The notes: generated by a model from the sequence alone, not told the origin. DNA of 64,000 nucleotides from Callorhinchus milii (GCF_018977255.1 NW_024704742.1:93746001-93810000), one strand, 5' to 3'; shown: positions 11,528 to 24,550, counted from the first letter of the stretch. Made by a program: numbers and translations.

Positions 11528-13399
11528 GGAAAAAAAATAATAGGGAGATTTGAAATTTCTCTTGGATGTCAATCTCTCTTTGAACTTGAATCCTGCACTG
11601 ACTGGATGCTCTCACTCAGAGAGCCTGGCCACTGGATGGCTGATTCAGGGAATGAATAATGTTCAATAGGTGGTGCTCTGCTGAGGGTGGGGCCATGGCG
11701 GGTGCATTGTTGGAGCAGTGTAGAGGGATCTTGATGTGAATCCTCAATTTGTCCGCTGTTCACAATGAGAGTAGAAACTTCACACCATCTTCTCAGCAGT
11801 TTCCAGCATCAACATCCATTTCCAAGAACTAGCAGGTGGACTTATCCTATCGGAGTTATCCCACTGTGAGGATCTTCAGGTTGGCAGGATTGGGTGATGC
11901 CTACAGAGATGCTCCAGAATGCAAAGTGAAGAGTGCTAACATTACTGTCCCTGTACATGTTCTACATTCCTTATCTAGCCCCCCACCCCCCGCCCCCATC
12001 CCATCCTGTCTTATGCCCCTACGTCTTCTAATGAGAAAGTGCCTGATCTAGGCTTGTTCACTGCTTAGATTTATAACTTTGATATCAGGAGCTAACAATG
12101 CAAATCACATGGGCAGACCCAGGTCCCTTCATTCCATAGTGCAGCGAGTTGGATCGTTACAGAGATCAACCCTCAAGCAAGGCACTGTTTACGGAAAGTA
12201 GCCTTGCCATAAAGCTACTGAATAAGGCTGCTGTACACCCTTGTCCTATGCTATTCCGTTAACCTTTTATATCTGCCTGTGTGGTAGCTCTTGTGGTGAT
12301 TTATTTCCCTCCACAAGCCGTTGCTGGAACGACATGAGTAAAAAAATGTGATAGAAAAAAATGACTTGCGAGTGGTGTTTCACTGAAAAGTAAACTAGAT
12401 CAGAGCTGCCACATCTATGAGTCTGTGAGTTATGTAACTCAGCATCAATCTGTCGTTTCTTTTTTCCACTCGCAAGTAATTAATTCTTCACTTCATGCCA
12501 GATTCTGAACTTGTCACAAATTGTGAGTTGCTTTCTGAACCATTTGTCCCAGGTTCCAAATGATGTAGTGTCTATGTGTAGTGGATGTGAAGGGCAGCTC
12601 CAGTTCAGTTGTAAAGTACAATCCAACTGGGATAATCCAGTACTAAAATCCATTACTAAAATAGCACAAAATAACATAGTCATAATCTTCTTAACAGACT
12701 TATCCCATTACTTCTTACAACATATGGTCTGATTTATTGCTGTATAGGCCGACTTGTTTTTAATCCTTTTTTTAAAATGAATGGTTCTCTTCTCCGGTGT
12801 TCATCCTCCCTGTTGAAGGAGCAGGAACAATTGTAGCCAGACACCATCTGATAACTCACCCAAATAGCCAAACACATGTGGGAGCCTAGCCTGACAGTGT
12901 CGGCAAGTTGTCAGTTGGGTTGGGTGATTAAAAACCTAGAGAAACTCTCAAGAAGGGAGCATGAATGATGCTAACATTACCGTCCCTTCCCAAGTGAGTA
13001 ATCTTCAATTATTGGGCTTGCTTCCACGTGTGTAAGTGCTGATATTGCTCGTGCTGGACATGGGGACTGGAGAATGTTTAGTTGTCTGAATGATAGGCAG
13101 GATGGATACATTTGAACCTACATGGGATGCCTTTTGACCTACTCTAACTAACATTAGTGTGCCTGCTGATTTATATTGTAGATCTCACTGACATTGTAAA
13201 CTTTGTATCTCAGAATCACTCACAAATTTGTTAGATGTCACCTTGTGATATAGGATTATTCTTCAGATTTCCTCACCTTATTTCTGTTATGAAGAGGCTG
13301 TAATTATATATCAGTTCTCTGAGTCGGCCACATTAATTGTAGCTTTGTGGTAAACATTTTAAGGTTAGGGATAAGTAAACTATTGGAATCAACGTCTTC

Positions 13400-14150
13400 T
13401 AACCTGCGGCTCTGACCTCCTCGACCTCCCCGGCCTATCCCTCAGAGTTACCAAACCAGTGCACAAGATGGCGTCAGGTTCGACCCACAGCTGTCCTTCC
13501 TTCCCCACATCTGGTCCCTGACCAGCACCGCCTTCCTCCACCTCCGCCATATTGTCCGCCTACGACTGTACCTTACTCGAGACACAGCCGAAACACTCGT
13601 CCATGTGTTCGTCACCTCCCAACCCTACTTCTCAAATGCCCTCTTTGCCAGTTTCCCCAGCTCCACCGTTCACAGGATCCAGCTGATCCAAAACTCCACC
13701 ACCTGCACACTCACCCCACTAAACTCCGTACCTCCATCACACCAGTTCTAGCCAGGCTCCATGGCTCATTATCACCGCACCGATCAATTTCAAGATCTTC
13801 ACACTCGTTTTCAAATCCCTTCATACCCTGACACCTCCCTACCTCTCCAACCCCAATCCACAACCCACTGCCTCCACTTGACTGGCTCCAGCCTTCTGCA
13901 TGTCCCTCGTGCCCTCCATTCCACAGTTGATTGCCATGCTTTCAGACACTACACCCCATTACTCTGGATCACTCTTCCTCTATCCTGCTGCCTTGCCCTT
14001 TCCTTCTCCATCTTCAGGTCGTGCCTGAAGACCTTCCTATTCGACTGTGCCTATGGTCACCTCCGCCTCCCCCCGGCTCGGCATCGTGCAAGGGACGTGC
14101 GACCCAGCGTGAGGGGCGTTGTAGAAATGCAACTTGTTGTTGTTATTGTT
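13400..14150 (+). mobile_element. L2 LINE ORF2 C-terminus and 3' UTR
   Basis: GVRFDPQLSFLPHI..TAFLHLRHIVRLR..AETLVHVFVTS motifs; (TTG)n tail. Confidence 0.88.
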
Positions 14151-14734
14151 GTTAGTGTGATGATGATGGTAAGCAGTGGCGGACTGGCTCCCTGATAAGG
14201 GTTGGAATTTTCAGGATTGACACTGTCACTCACCCAGATGTTAGGCTCTGGGGTGATAAGCATCAGGAGCCAATCACAGGGTTGCTCAGGAACCATTCAC
14301 GGGGATACTCGGGGAAACCTCCAGATTTTGTGTAAAGCCACCCCTGATCACAACTGAACATTGCAATAAACCCAGTCAATAGCCAAAGACTGACTGAAGG
14401 TGTGAGCTCTACTTGTCTGCACCACAATACTTTTTTCCCAAGCTGTTGACACCTGACATTGGAGTTGATGCTTGTTTTGCTGAGCTCTTCAGTTCCACTT
14501 GTTCAAGCTACATTCCTAACTCAATGTTTTAAAATGTTGTCATTAATTTTTTCCACTGAGCTGCCTAATGCCCTGTACTGATAAATCCAAATGCCTGTTA
14601 CAGCTGAATTCATAATGGCATTTGTCAGGATCTCCTTGAGAATGGGCTGGCTCCAGGGTAACGTGCTTGGCAATGGCATGTCTCAATCGAGTCAACCCTC
14701 TGAGCATCAGCGCAAACACAATGGGCCGAATGGG

Positions 14735-15079
14735 TCTAATAGCAGAGGCCTCTGTACCAGTTCACACCACTGACCTTGTTCTCTGTTCAGCAAGTCAACC
14801 AGAATGGATGCCAATGAACAGTGTGTCCTTGGGAATCGTAGGGAGAGGGAGCAAAAGATCGCTTGTCTGAGGAGTTTACATTCCATAGCTAATGGCATAG
14901 CTGTTTTGCGCTGGGAAAGAAAGCTCTTTGGTGTAAACAACATTTTAGTCAAGACTCATTGCTGCTGAATAAAACAAGCCAAATCCACAGAAAGAACAAC
15001 CCAGATCTATGCTCCGCACTGGTACTATGACTTGTGAAAACAATATGTCTGGCTGGGGATTGAATGCTCCAACAACGGG
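14735..15079. repeat. Duplicated module of unknown family, copy 1
   Basis: About 90% identical over the ~257-bp core to 17176-17527, same orientation. Confidence 0.9.
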
Positions 15080-16514
15080 CCAAGTGGCCTTACAAGATTA
15101 CAGGAGAGGTTTGGATTAAGAGATCCTGCAGCCAATTTGATCACATGCTTCTAGAATCCCTACACTAATATCTTCCCATTACAGCATCAGGCTGTTTCTT
15201 AAATGAGTCCAGTGTCCAGGGCTTCAACCATCCTTTCCTGGTAACCTATTCCAGACATTAATAATCCCTTCTGTCCCCTTCTAAGCTGTAAACGTTCAAT
15301 GACATTTTGAATTGCAAGCGAATGTTAATGAAAGAAATGTCTGTTATTGGAACAAGTATCTCAATCACTTGACAGCCCTTTGCAGCGTTCAGAGAGACCT
15401 AGCATTGATGTTTGAAATACTGTAGTTTTGAATTTTTTAATTAGTTTATTCAGCGGAGCTGACAACTTTACTGTAATAATTTTAAGGCTTTTTAATTAGA
15501 CGCAGGCTCATTCAGACACAAAACTCTGTGTGATTAAGTGGCATGGCACATCAACCTTTTTTGAAGTTCAGGCAAAGTCACTGAATTGACTCATGTACCT
15601 CCGAGAGTGATATTTTTGACACTTAACTGGGCAATTTAATATATGGATGTGCATTGTTATCAACTGACTGCGTGATAGCTGTTAGCATGCCTTCAAGGCA
15701 GGTGGTGAAAATGAAAGATAACAGCTAGTTTGTGCGGGTTTGTGTGTGGTCTGTCTGTGGCGTGCTGGAGTGCCACACACAGAGTTGCTGTAAAGACCAC
15801 TTAGTGTAAGAAATTAGTGTTCTTTGTTCAGCAATGCAAAGGTGCACCTGAGATCAGCTATGTTCCCATTTCGTTATGCAAACATGAGCTAAAAGGACTT
15901 TAAGGCACAAATACATTGAATGTGCTGTAGATCGTCTCGACACAAATACAGATAACTATTCTGTTCTAAAGTGGATTCTGTTTCTGCTGCTATGATCGTT
16001 AATGTTAAATAAAGTCAAGATTTAAACAATGTAGGGAAAACATTGAATTCCAAAGCGTTGCAGTGTGTTCTGACTTGACTGTTTTCCTTTCATTTTTTAT
16101 GACCTTGTTACTTCAGTCTTTAAAACCATTTTGTAAGCAGATCCGAGTTTACACTCTTGAATAAAACTGCTTCGGAAAGTTTAAACATATAACAAACCAC
16201 TTAAAATGATAGCTCTGTAACTGCTGGTAAGTTGCACACCCATGACAACCAATGTTGATGTTACAAGACATTCTTGTTTACGCTGCAAAGTTAGTGTCAT
16301 TGGGCAGCCTGGTAGTTCAAGTGGTCACCTCAGCCAGAAGGACATCATTTCAAGTCACTTGAACTTTGTTTTCTTAATGAGTTAGTGTCACAGTGAAAAC
16401 TCATTTGAAAATCAAACAGCCATGTTTATGACTATCCATTTCTGTGTTCTTCTCGTCTCCTGGTTCAGTTTGGCTTCTACAGTGAGTCATAATCGGTGGA
16501 GCATCCTTGAGTTA

Positions 16515-16925
16515 AATAATAATAAAAATAATAATGCTTGCATTTGATAAAGTGCCTTATCAGGTCCTTGACACATCTCAAAGCGCTTCACATGATTTAC
16601 TGTAAAGTGGATTGACTGTGTATTTTATGTGCGAAATGTGGCAGCCAATTTGTGCAAAGCAGTGTCCAACAAACAGCCATGGAGTAAGTGACCAATTTTA
16701 TTTTAATTGGAGGATTTGTTGGCCAAATAATCGGGAGAAACTCCCTTCTCTTTTCAAATAGTGCCATTGGATCTTTAACGTCCACCTGATCAGGCAGACG
16801 GGACCTCAGTTTAACCTCTCATAGAAAGACCAGCACATCCACCAATGTAACACTCCCCCAGCACTGCATTGGATTGTCAGGCTTAGACTGTGTAATTCCA
16901 AGACCTGATGTGGAACTTGAACGCA
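16515..16925 (-). mobile_element. Deu-domain SINE (AmnSINE1/SacSINE1-like)
   Basis: Minus strand GTTAAACTGAGGTCCCGTCTGCCTGATCAGGTGGACGTTAAAGATCCAATGGCACTATTTGAA, plus L2-like tail. Confidence 0.88.
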
Positions 16926-17175
16926 TATAATGGCTGGGAATTTTGCCCGCATTATAATTACATCTTCACGTTCGCCACACGCAATGCCAAACAGAATTTC
17001 AGCCCTCAGGTGGCTCGTTCCTGGCTGTTTCCTGGGAAGCATTTAATGCTTGTAGCAAGATTGTACGTGTTTTATGCCTGGGTGTGAAATTCTAAATAAT
17101 GGGAAGTGGTATTTTAATTTTTAGCAAAGCTCGGGAGCACTAGGCTACTTCAAGAGTTCTCACATAGACTGAAAA

Positions 17176-17527
17176 TCTAAGAGCTGAGGCCTTTGTACCA
17201 CTTCCCACCACTGATTGCTCTCTGTTCAGCAAGTCAGGCGGAATGGATGCCACTGAACAGGGTGTCCTTGGGAATTGTAAGGAGAGGCAGCAAAAGATCG
17301 CTTGTCTAAGGAGTTTACATTCCACAGTTAAACGCGTAGCTGTCGTGCTCTGGGAAAGAAAGCTCTTTGGTGTAAACAAATTTTAGTTAAGGCTCATTGC
17401 TGCTGGATAAAACCAGCCGAATCCACAGAAAGAATAACCCAGATCTATGCTCCGGACTGGTACTATGGCTTGTGATGTTAATGGAAAAAAATATATCTGG
17501 CTGGAGATTGAATGCTCCAGCAATGGG
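17176..17527. repeat. Duplicated module of unknown family, copy 2
   Basis: Aligns to 14735-15079. Confidence 0.9.
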
Positions 17528-18679
17528 GTAGAGAAAAATGCATGATGTGATAGTCATCACATTGTCGAACAATCTTATCCGTTCCTTGCAGTGATAACTA
17601 GCAAAGGTGCTCTGACTTTGTTCAAATGGTTTTGCCCAAAGCTAGCTGCTGCAGTCACTGAGCCTTTGAACCTGCAGATCCCAGTGGGTCAAGTGCTGGT
17701 TCAAGGAATTCTGATTTTACTCAACTATTAACAAAATAATAAACGAGTAGCATGAAGGCCTTCAACTTGACCCCAGAGAAGGATGATTTCACACTTGTTC
17801 GCAAGAAATGACTTTATAAGGGCATTCCACCCACTGGGAATGATGTTCCGTCTTCCCCAAATAATAATAATATAAGAGTCTGTGCTAGAGTTGTGAGAAG
17901 CCTGGAGTTTGTATGTGTGTGTGTGCGAGTGTGTGTTTCTGGGTGGTGAGACTTGTTTTAACCACAATTTCTATACCGTTCCTTAACCAGAATATGGTTA
18001 GGAGTCCCTCACATTTCCATATTTCTCGCTATAAACACACATCACAAGATTCACTGCGCTTAGCAAGCAGGGCAGGATGCACCCCACTTCAGTGCCAACC
18101 CCACTCGTTCTTTGGCTAGGGTAGGGGGCATTGCCAAAGGCTATTCACATGACATCTCAACTGTAGTGATGTTCAACTCACTGAGCCATTAACTTCCAAA
18201 ATGCATCTTGATTATTCCACACAGTGATTCACTTTACTCTTTAAAACAAACTAGGACAGTACAGTTGGTGGGATTTGCTGAGTTGCCCTTGATAAACTAT
18301 TGCTGAGCTCTGATGCCACACTTGTGCAACAGTCACAGATTGCAATACTTACAGTGAGGATTGGAACAAGTGGTTGGAGAGCCAGGAAAGATAAAAGGAG
18401 CAACCTGGGAAGCACTATCTACTGCTTGTGAATCCATATGCATATGCATCTGTATCTATATATACACACACATATATCCCTTCTGCACTGTCTTTCTTAT
18501 TTCTATTGAATTAAAGGAACTTTTCTGCAAAATCAAACAGTAATCTTATCTGCTATCCATCATTACTGAAGAGAACTCAAGATTTTTGACTGTGAACTCT
18601 AACCATCAATTACTGCATCCTACTCTACGGGGTCACACTGATACAGGCTGAGAAATAATTGTCCAGTGCATCCTGATTT

Positions 18680-19036
18680 GGGCAGTCTGCCTCAGCTGGT
18701 AGCACTTTTGCCTCTGAGTCAAGCTCCACATCAGGACTTTAAACTCACAGTGTGGGCTGAAATTCCGATGTAATGCAGATGGAGCATTGTTGGGGTTTCA
18801 TCCTTCAGATGAGATGTTAAACTGAGGTCCCGTCTACTTTTTTAGGTGGATGTTAAAGTTCCCAGGTAACCTGGCTAAATAACATATGCCATTTCATTGT
18901 TGTTTGTAGGACAATGCCATGTGCAATTTGGTGACTGCATTCGCTTATACATTCACAGTCATTACGCATTACAGTTAAGCATGGGAAGCACGTTGAGAGC
19001 TCCTCCTGACGTGAATTAACTGCAAGGATTATTATT
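18680..19036 (+). mobile_element. Deu-domain SINE, decayed
   Basis: Head CTCAGCTGGTAGCACTTTTGCCTCTGAGTCA; Deu GATGAGATGTTAAACTGAGGTCCCGTC..GGTGGATGTTAAAG. Confidence 0.82.
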
Positions 19037-22000
19037 CAGAGGATAGGTGACTAATTTTACTTTTCAGACATTGCAAAGATGAAATAACAGAAAATGGAAT
19101 GAGAAGAGGACAAGTTAAAAAATCTGCAGTGATGAGTCAGCACGACTTTGAGAGTCAAAACAGCATCCATTTCAGAAAGAATCAACTGCAAATAAATCAT
19201 CATTGTTAAGTCCACACACGGTATAACACATACAACAAATGATAAATGAAGGTTGCGTTTGCCAAGAAATGCTATAGTTAGATCAGAATCTATCTGGAGT
19301 GCTCACCAAAAATGAATGAAATGTAGTGCACTTCTGCCCGATTATTTTTTGTGCGCAGTGTGTTGTTGGTGACTGGTGTGTGAGGGCTGCCAGAATGCAG
19401 AGTCTGCAGCAGGAGAATAAGAATGGGGAAGCAAGCATTGTTTGGGTCAATAACACATTTAAGTCTTCTAGCTGGTATGCTATAAAATGTCCAGCTCGCA
19501 CCATTCTATTCGATAGGGCTTTAGCTTGCAGGGTTAACAGGAGCTGAGTGGGATGACTCCCTGCCCCCAGTGATTGGTCTGCCCTTCCTGCCAGTGAGCT
19601 TGGCTGGTTGTGCTGTCATCAGCAGATTTAGGAGATAACTAGACAAACATATGCAGAGGATGGTGGCGGGTGGAAACATTCTTGATGGGGGGAATGAGTA
19701 AAAATCATCAATATGTCCTGAACTCCAATTAGCCGATAGACTTGTCAGTCAAGCCAACGACTCTCTTTTGTAGCCTTAGGACTTCCTGCCGCCCTCATGT
19801 GTCTCCCAGCTCTGCGGGACTTTGTTTCAATACTTCAACTGACTTTCTTTCAATATTTTAAAATATTTATTGAATATTTTTTAAAGAGCATTGTTACTCC
19901 CAAATTTCGAAAACAGTTGAAAAGTACTCTTAGAGTGATAGCACTGATGCCTCTACAAAATTAATCAATGAAGGAAGCAATTTATAGATGACTCCCTACT
20001 ACAGACCAGCCACTGGAGACAAGAAGATACGTGTCAGTGGGTCTCATTGCACAGTGAGATCTGCAATTGGGTTCTGCTATTTTCAGATGGCCTCAGCTAC
20101 AGAACTGGTATTTGACATCTCTGCTCAGTGTTTGCTGAGGACTGTATCTTTTGTCTGTTTTGATTTAGTGCGGTCCACCCTTTATTTTATTAAAGAAAGA
20201 CACTTAAGATATACTAAAGTGAACATCAGTTTATGAAGCTGTGCAATGTGACTGGTGTACCTGTTTAATGCGAGCTGCTCCCATATTTGGCCGATGTGTG
20301 TTGTAAACTTCCCAGCAATTACATACATCTCCAACTGCATTCTCCACTGCCACTGCAAGCTGGCTGCATCAGAGCTGAGTGCTCAGGGGTCAGTGTGAAG
20401 TAACATGGGATTCCCTGAAGAGATGCACTTTATGTCTCAAGGCATTTGTGCTATTTATACTGCAGTTTTATGTTTCGAGCACCTTTTCAGCTGCTTAGCC
20501 TGGAGTTTTCTGTTAATGCGGTGGATGTTCCATTCCTAAGTAAAGCAAAACAGGCAAATAAGATCTACTTTTTGGAGAGTAGGCATAAAACTGACATTGA
20601 GCAAAGAGGGGAATTATTAGTCAACACTAAAGTGAAGAGGAGTGGTGAGGACTCCCACAAGCAGGTGACGGACATTCACAGGTGTTCCATGAAGTTACTG
20701 TCTACTATTGAAAGGTCATAAAGACCACTGGGAGTGGAGGGAGGGAGTCCTGTCACTGCTGAATGACTTACCCCTGAAGAAGGGATTGCTGCCCAGCTGC
20801 TGACCCCTTAGGTCTCTGCGGGGGAACGGGAGGGAGGGAGGGGGGTGGGGGGCAGTGACCTGGCCCAGCAGGAGCGGGAAGAGGATCAATAAAAGTTCAT
20901 TATTTTCATGCTTTCCCACCCGGTGGGAAAGTGTTGATCAGCTGCTGTTTGCCATTCTCCTTCCCTTCAATCATTAGAAGACTCTCATGGACAGCAAACT
21001 GGAAAGGAGCCAAAACATGGAAACAGGATTTTTAGGACTAGATCCTGAAAATATCTGGGTGAAATATTGTCATTTTGGAAAATGTACAACATGCAATCTA
21101 TTTTCTTCCAAAATAGCATCTAAGATCCAAAGTTCTGTGTTCAAATTTGTTAAGGGTTGACTTATGTCCATAGCTTGCAATCTAAACACTTATTAACTGA
21201 AAAGACAAATATCAAGAATCCATTAGATAGATATAGTAATTCTGTATCAAAAGGGAAAATGGGAACATTTGGATCAATAGACTAGATGGATCAATGGCCT
21301 GAAATTGTTACTGTATAAAAAGAAAAGGTTATTTCTCTTTAGCAGGCTTGGTTGACATTCTCTTTCGTATTGGCAGCATCTTGAAACCAAACCTGGATCT
21401 TTCTCATCTTGTGAGTGTGATTCTCAGTATGTATCATCAGGGCACAAGCAGCTGAACCCTTCCTGTTTGGTAGACCCTCCTCACAAATCCCAGAAATGAG
21501 ATTTTCCTCAGGTCCCTAATGCTAGGTGGCCATATCGCAGTGCATTAACAGGCTGGAATTTCAGACAAGGCAGAACCATTTTCCTCAACTATTGTTCTAC
21601 TCCCCCCAAAACCGATCTAAACCACCTCAACGGCAAATGTTGAACTTTGGCTTGTTAAATATCCCTGAGCAGGCACTTGTATGATATTCCACAGTCCTGA
21701 AAGCACATCAGCAGGAATGCTAGTAAGGCCTTGCCTGACATTGTGATGTCCATATGAGATTGATAAATAATGGAAACATTCTATAATTGTGCAGAGTTCT
21801 CCTTAGGACTTGTCACACTGTCAGCTATTAGGATGACACTTACATTTCTTTGCATTATTAAAACTGTTTGTGGGGGGATCCTTTTTCTACTCTGACAGAG
21901 CAGACGATGGGAATTATCTAAAAATTGAATGAACTGCAAAATTATGTTTGGAATATGCCCTCCTCACAGTGATGTTATTCTGTTCTTTGTCTTCACTGAG

Positions 22001-24550
22001 TTTGTGTGACAGAACCCTTATCTACTGAAAATAATTTTTTTGCAATTTATTTCACTAACTGAAAGCATGCCAGATTCACTTTATGCAGCTTCATAAGCAG
22101 TGAAACAGCAGACGAGAAAAGCAAACTCTGGTAAGCTAAACATTACTTTTCAAACAAATTAAGCAAAATCTGTAAATAGTTGATAATTGTGCCTGCCTTA
22201 AACATGTGGCCTTGGAGTTTTATTACTTTAATATACATTTCTCAGAGAGAAATATTTTATGTTATAGTTTGCCAACCTCCTTGTTTCAAACAGGACTATC
22301 CTAACCAGATGTATATGAAGAAATTATTTATGATGAGCAAACTAACATCAGGTGAAACTAAAAACTATTGGCTTTCCATCGTCTTTTCAAAGTTGAAAAA
22401 AAAGCTAAAATGCACAGAGAAAAACTGTAACGAAGTTCAAAAGTTAAGGGTGAGAATCTCTTGCACTGTTTGAAAACTGTGCTGCACAATTCGGAATGAA
22501 ATTTACCACTTGCAAACAATGCGCCATATCATGTCTCTCACCCTTCCTGCAGGGCTGTGGGATTAATGGGGGAGTGTGGTAAGTTTGACACACGTTTGGT
22601 GATTTCTTTCATTACACTGTTTCTCTCATCTTTAAATCTCTCCCCCTGTGTGGCAATATCATTGCCTGCCCTGGAGAGCATGCGCACCATTGCCAGGTTT
22701 CTACCTATGCCATGCTGGATCCTGGTGAGAGGAGATGCATGAGAGCACCACCAACTGACTCAGTCAATGCCTTCTCCTCCTTGTGAGGAAGTGAACAGTC
22801 CCTACTGGACAACAGGCCCGAGTCAGGGAGATGGATGATGAATACTGCGATTCTTTTCTCATCCGTGACACAGCAAATCTGGAGCACCAGGTACACTGTG
22901 TCCATTGCTTAAAGCTGCACAGTCATTGGGATATTGAGTCTTAAACATGGTAATTTCAAACAGGATTTCTTAATCCAAGTGGATACTCCTTCCAATAGTC
23001 AAAAGTACATCACATGTTCACACTGACTCTTAGGAACTCTGCCTGGATATAGATTATGCAGGAGGGAATTCCCGCAAGTTGGCATGACTCGTTTCCCGAT
23101 TCCTTAATTAAGGAATCCCATTTGAAATCATTGTATTTTAAATCTCCTTGTCTGCAACTGAGGACATCTATCCTATGACGCTTATGCTCATTACACTTCC
23201 TCAGGGGAAAAAGAGCAGGTGACACATGGACACAACTTACAGAACACGGAATAATAATCATGTGCACCAAATCCCTAGTCCTGATCAATTAGTGCTTAGT
23301 GATATATATCGTAATGTACATTAATGTATGTTGTGTTTCTGCAGCCAGGATTTTTGAGCATTCATTTTCACCCAATATCCAGTAGTAATTGTTTCATACA
23401 ATATAATACACTTTACACTTACATAGTGCCTTGCACGTCGGAAAGATACCCCTCATATGGTATAAGTAATAATAATAATAACCCTTACATTTGATATAGC
23501 ACCTTTCAGATCAGGAGAACAACTCAAAGCACTTTCAAGGATACACTGTAAAGTGTAGTAATTGTAATTTGTGGGTGAAAGCAGCAGCCAGTTTTGCACA
23601 GTCACATCCTGCAAATAGCCACAAAGTGAATAACCACTTTTATTTGGGGGATTGTCTAAGTATAAGTTATAACACACGTTAATTCGTGTAACTAAACACT
23701 TGCTACTGATTTCATACATGTCAGCTCTGTGGCAAAAAGCAGCACTTTTGACCGCAGAACCAAATTGCACTTTCTCAAAGTCACTCTTTGACATTGAAAC
23801 CCAATGATACTGAAGTACCAATAAATCAATGCAACTTGCAATTGTAGAAGGCAAGTGAACCCCAAAGAGTCATTAGAATGTATTTTCTGAACCAATTCTG
23901 GGATGTAAATGCATTTTGAGTTTTTTTACGCAGAAGGTATTGGCATCCTGCCTATTCATTTGAAATCTTTTAATTGGGTCTCCGCAAAGCTCCAGCACTG
24001 GTTTCATACTGAGCTAATCTTCAGTCGATTTGCAGAAAAAAAGTTGCCTGTCCATAGCTTTACGTCTTGTGCCATTTTCAATAAGGGGGGGGTAAAAAAC
24101 ATATGATACATGATGTGATATCTGAAATTAGGTGTCTCAAAAGGCATGGGACAGCATTCCCCCCTCTTTCCTCACTTCGGCAAACTAGTTTTGCCCAGAC
24201 GCCAGTTGTTGCAACCGTTGAGCTGGCCACTGAGCCCTTTGATCCTGCCACTGCACTGATTTTCCAGCACTTCAGTGCCAGTTCAGGAAACACCAGCTTA
24301 ACTCAACTTTAAAAGTGATAATTATCACACCACAATTTTCACCCCTATGTCTTTTTTATTTTCAAAGAAAAAAATAGCAGTTGGAGATCATTTCCCACAG
24401 GTTCGGAGATTTGGGGCCAAAGCTCTTTTCCTGCTAATGACAATTTGCGGAGATTTGCACGGTGTGCACGATTTTCAGACTCTGGTGTTTGGTGGGAATG
24501 ACAAAAAAAGGGTAGTTCAGTGCAGTTCACATCATTATCGTTTTATGAGA

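Noticed and set aside
14870..14895. miR-1/206-like sequence on the minus strand (GCTATGGAATGTAAA)
   Set aside because: Match ends about 11 nt into the mature sequence and there is no precursor arm.
14707..14952. Paralogous small proteins in the duplicated module
   Set aside because: Differences between copies are mostly non-synonymous in both open frames examined, and an indel shifts the frame.
19539..19553. 15-bp match to 28573-28587, and the 14-bp AAGCTGTAAACGTT at about 4229 and 15283
   Set aside because: A few 14-15-mer matches are expected by chance in 64 kb.
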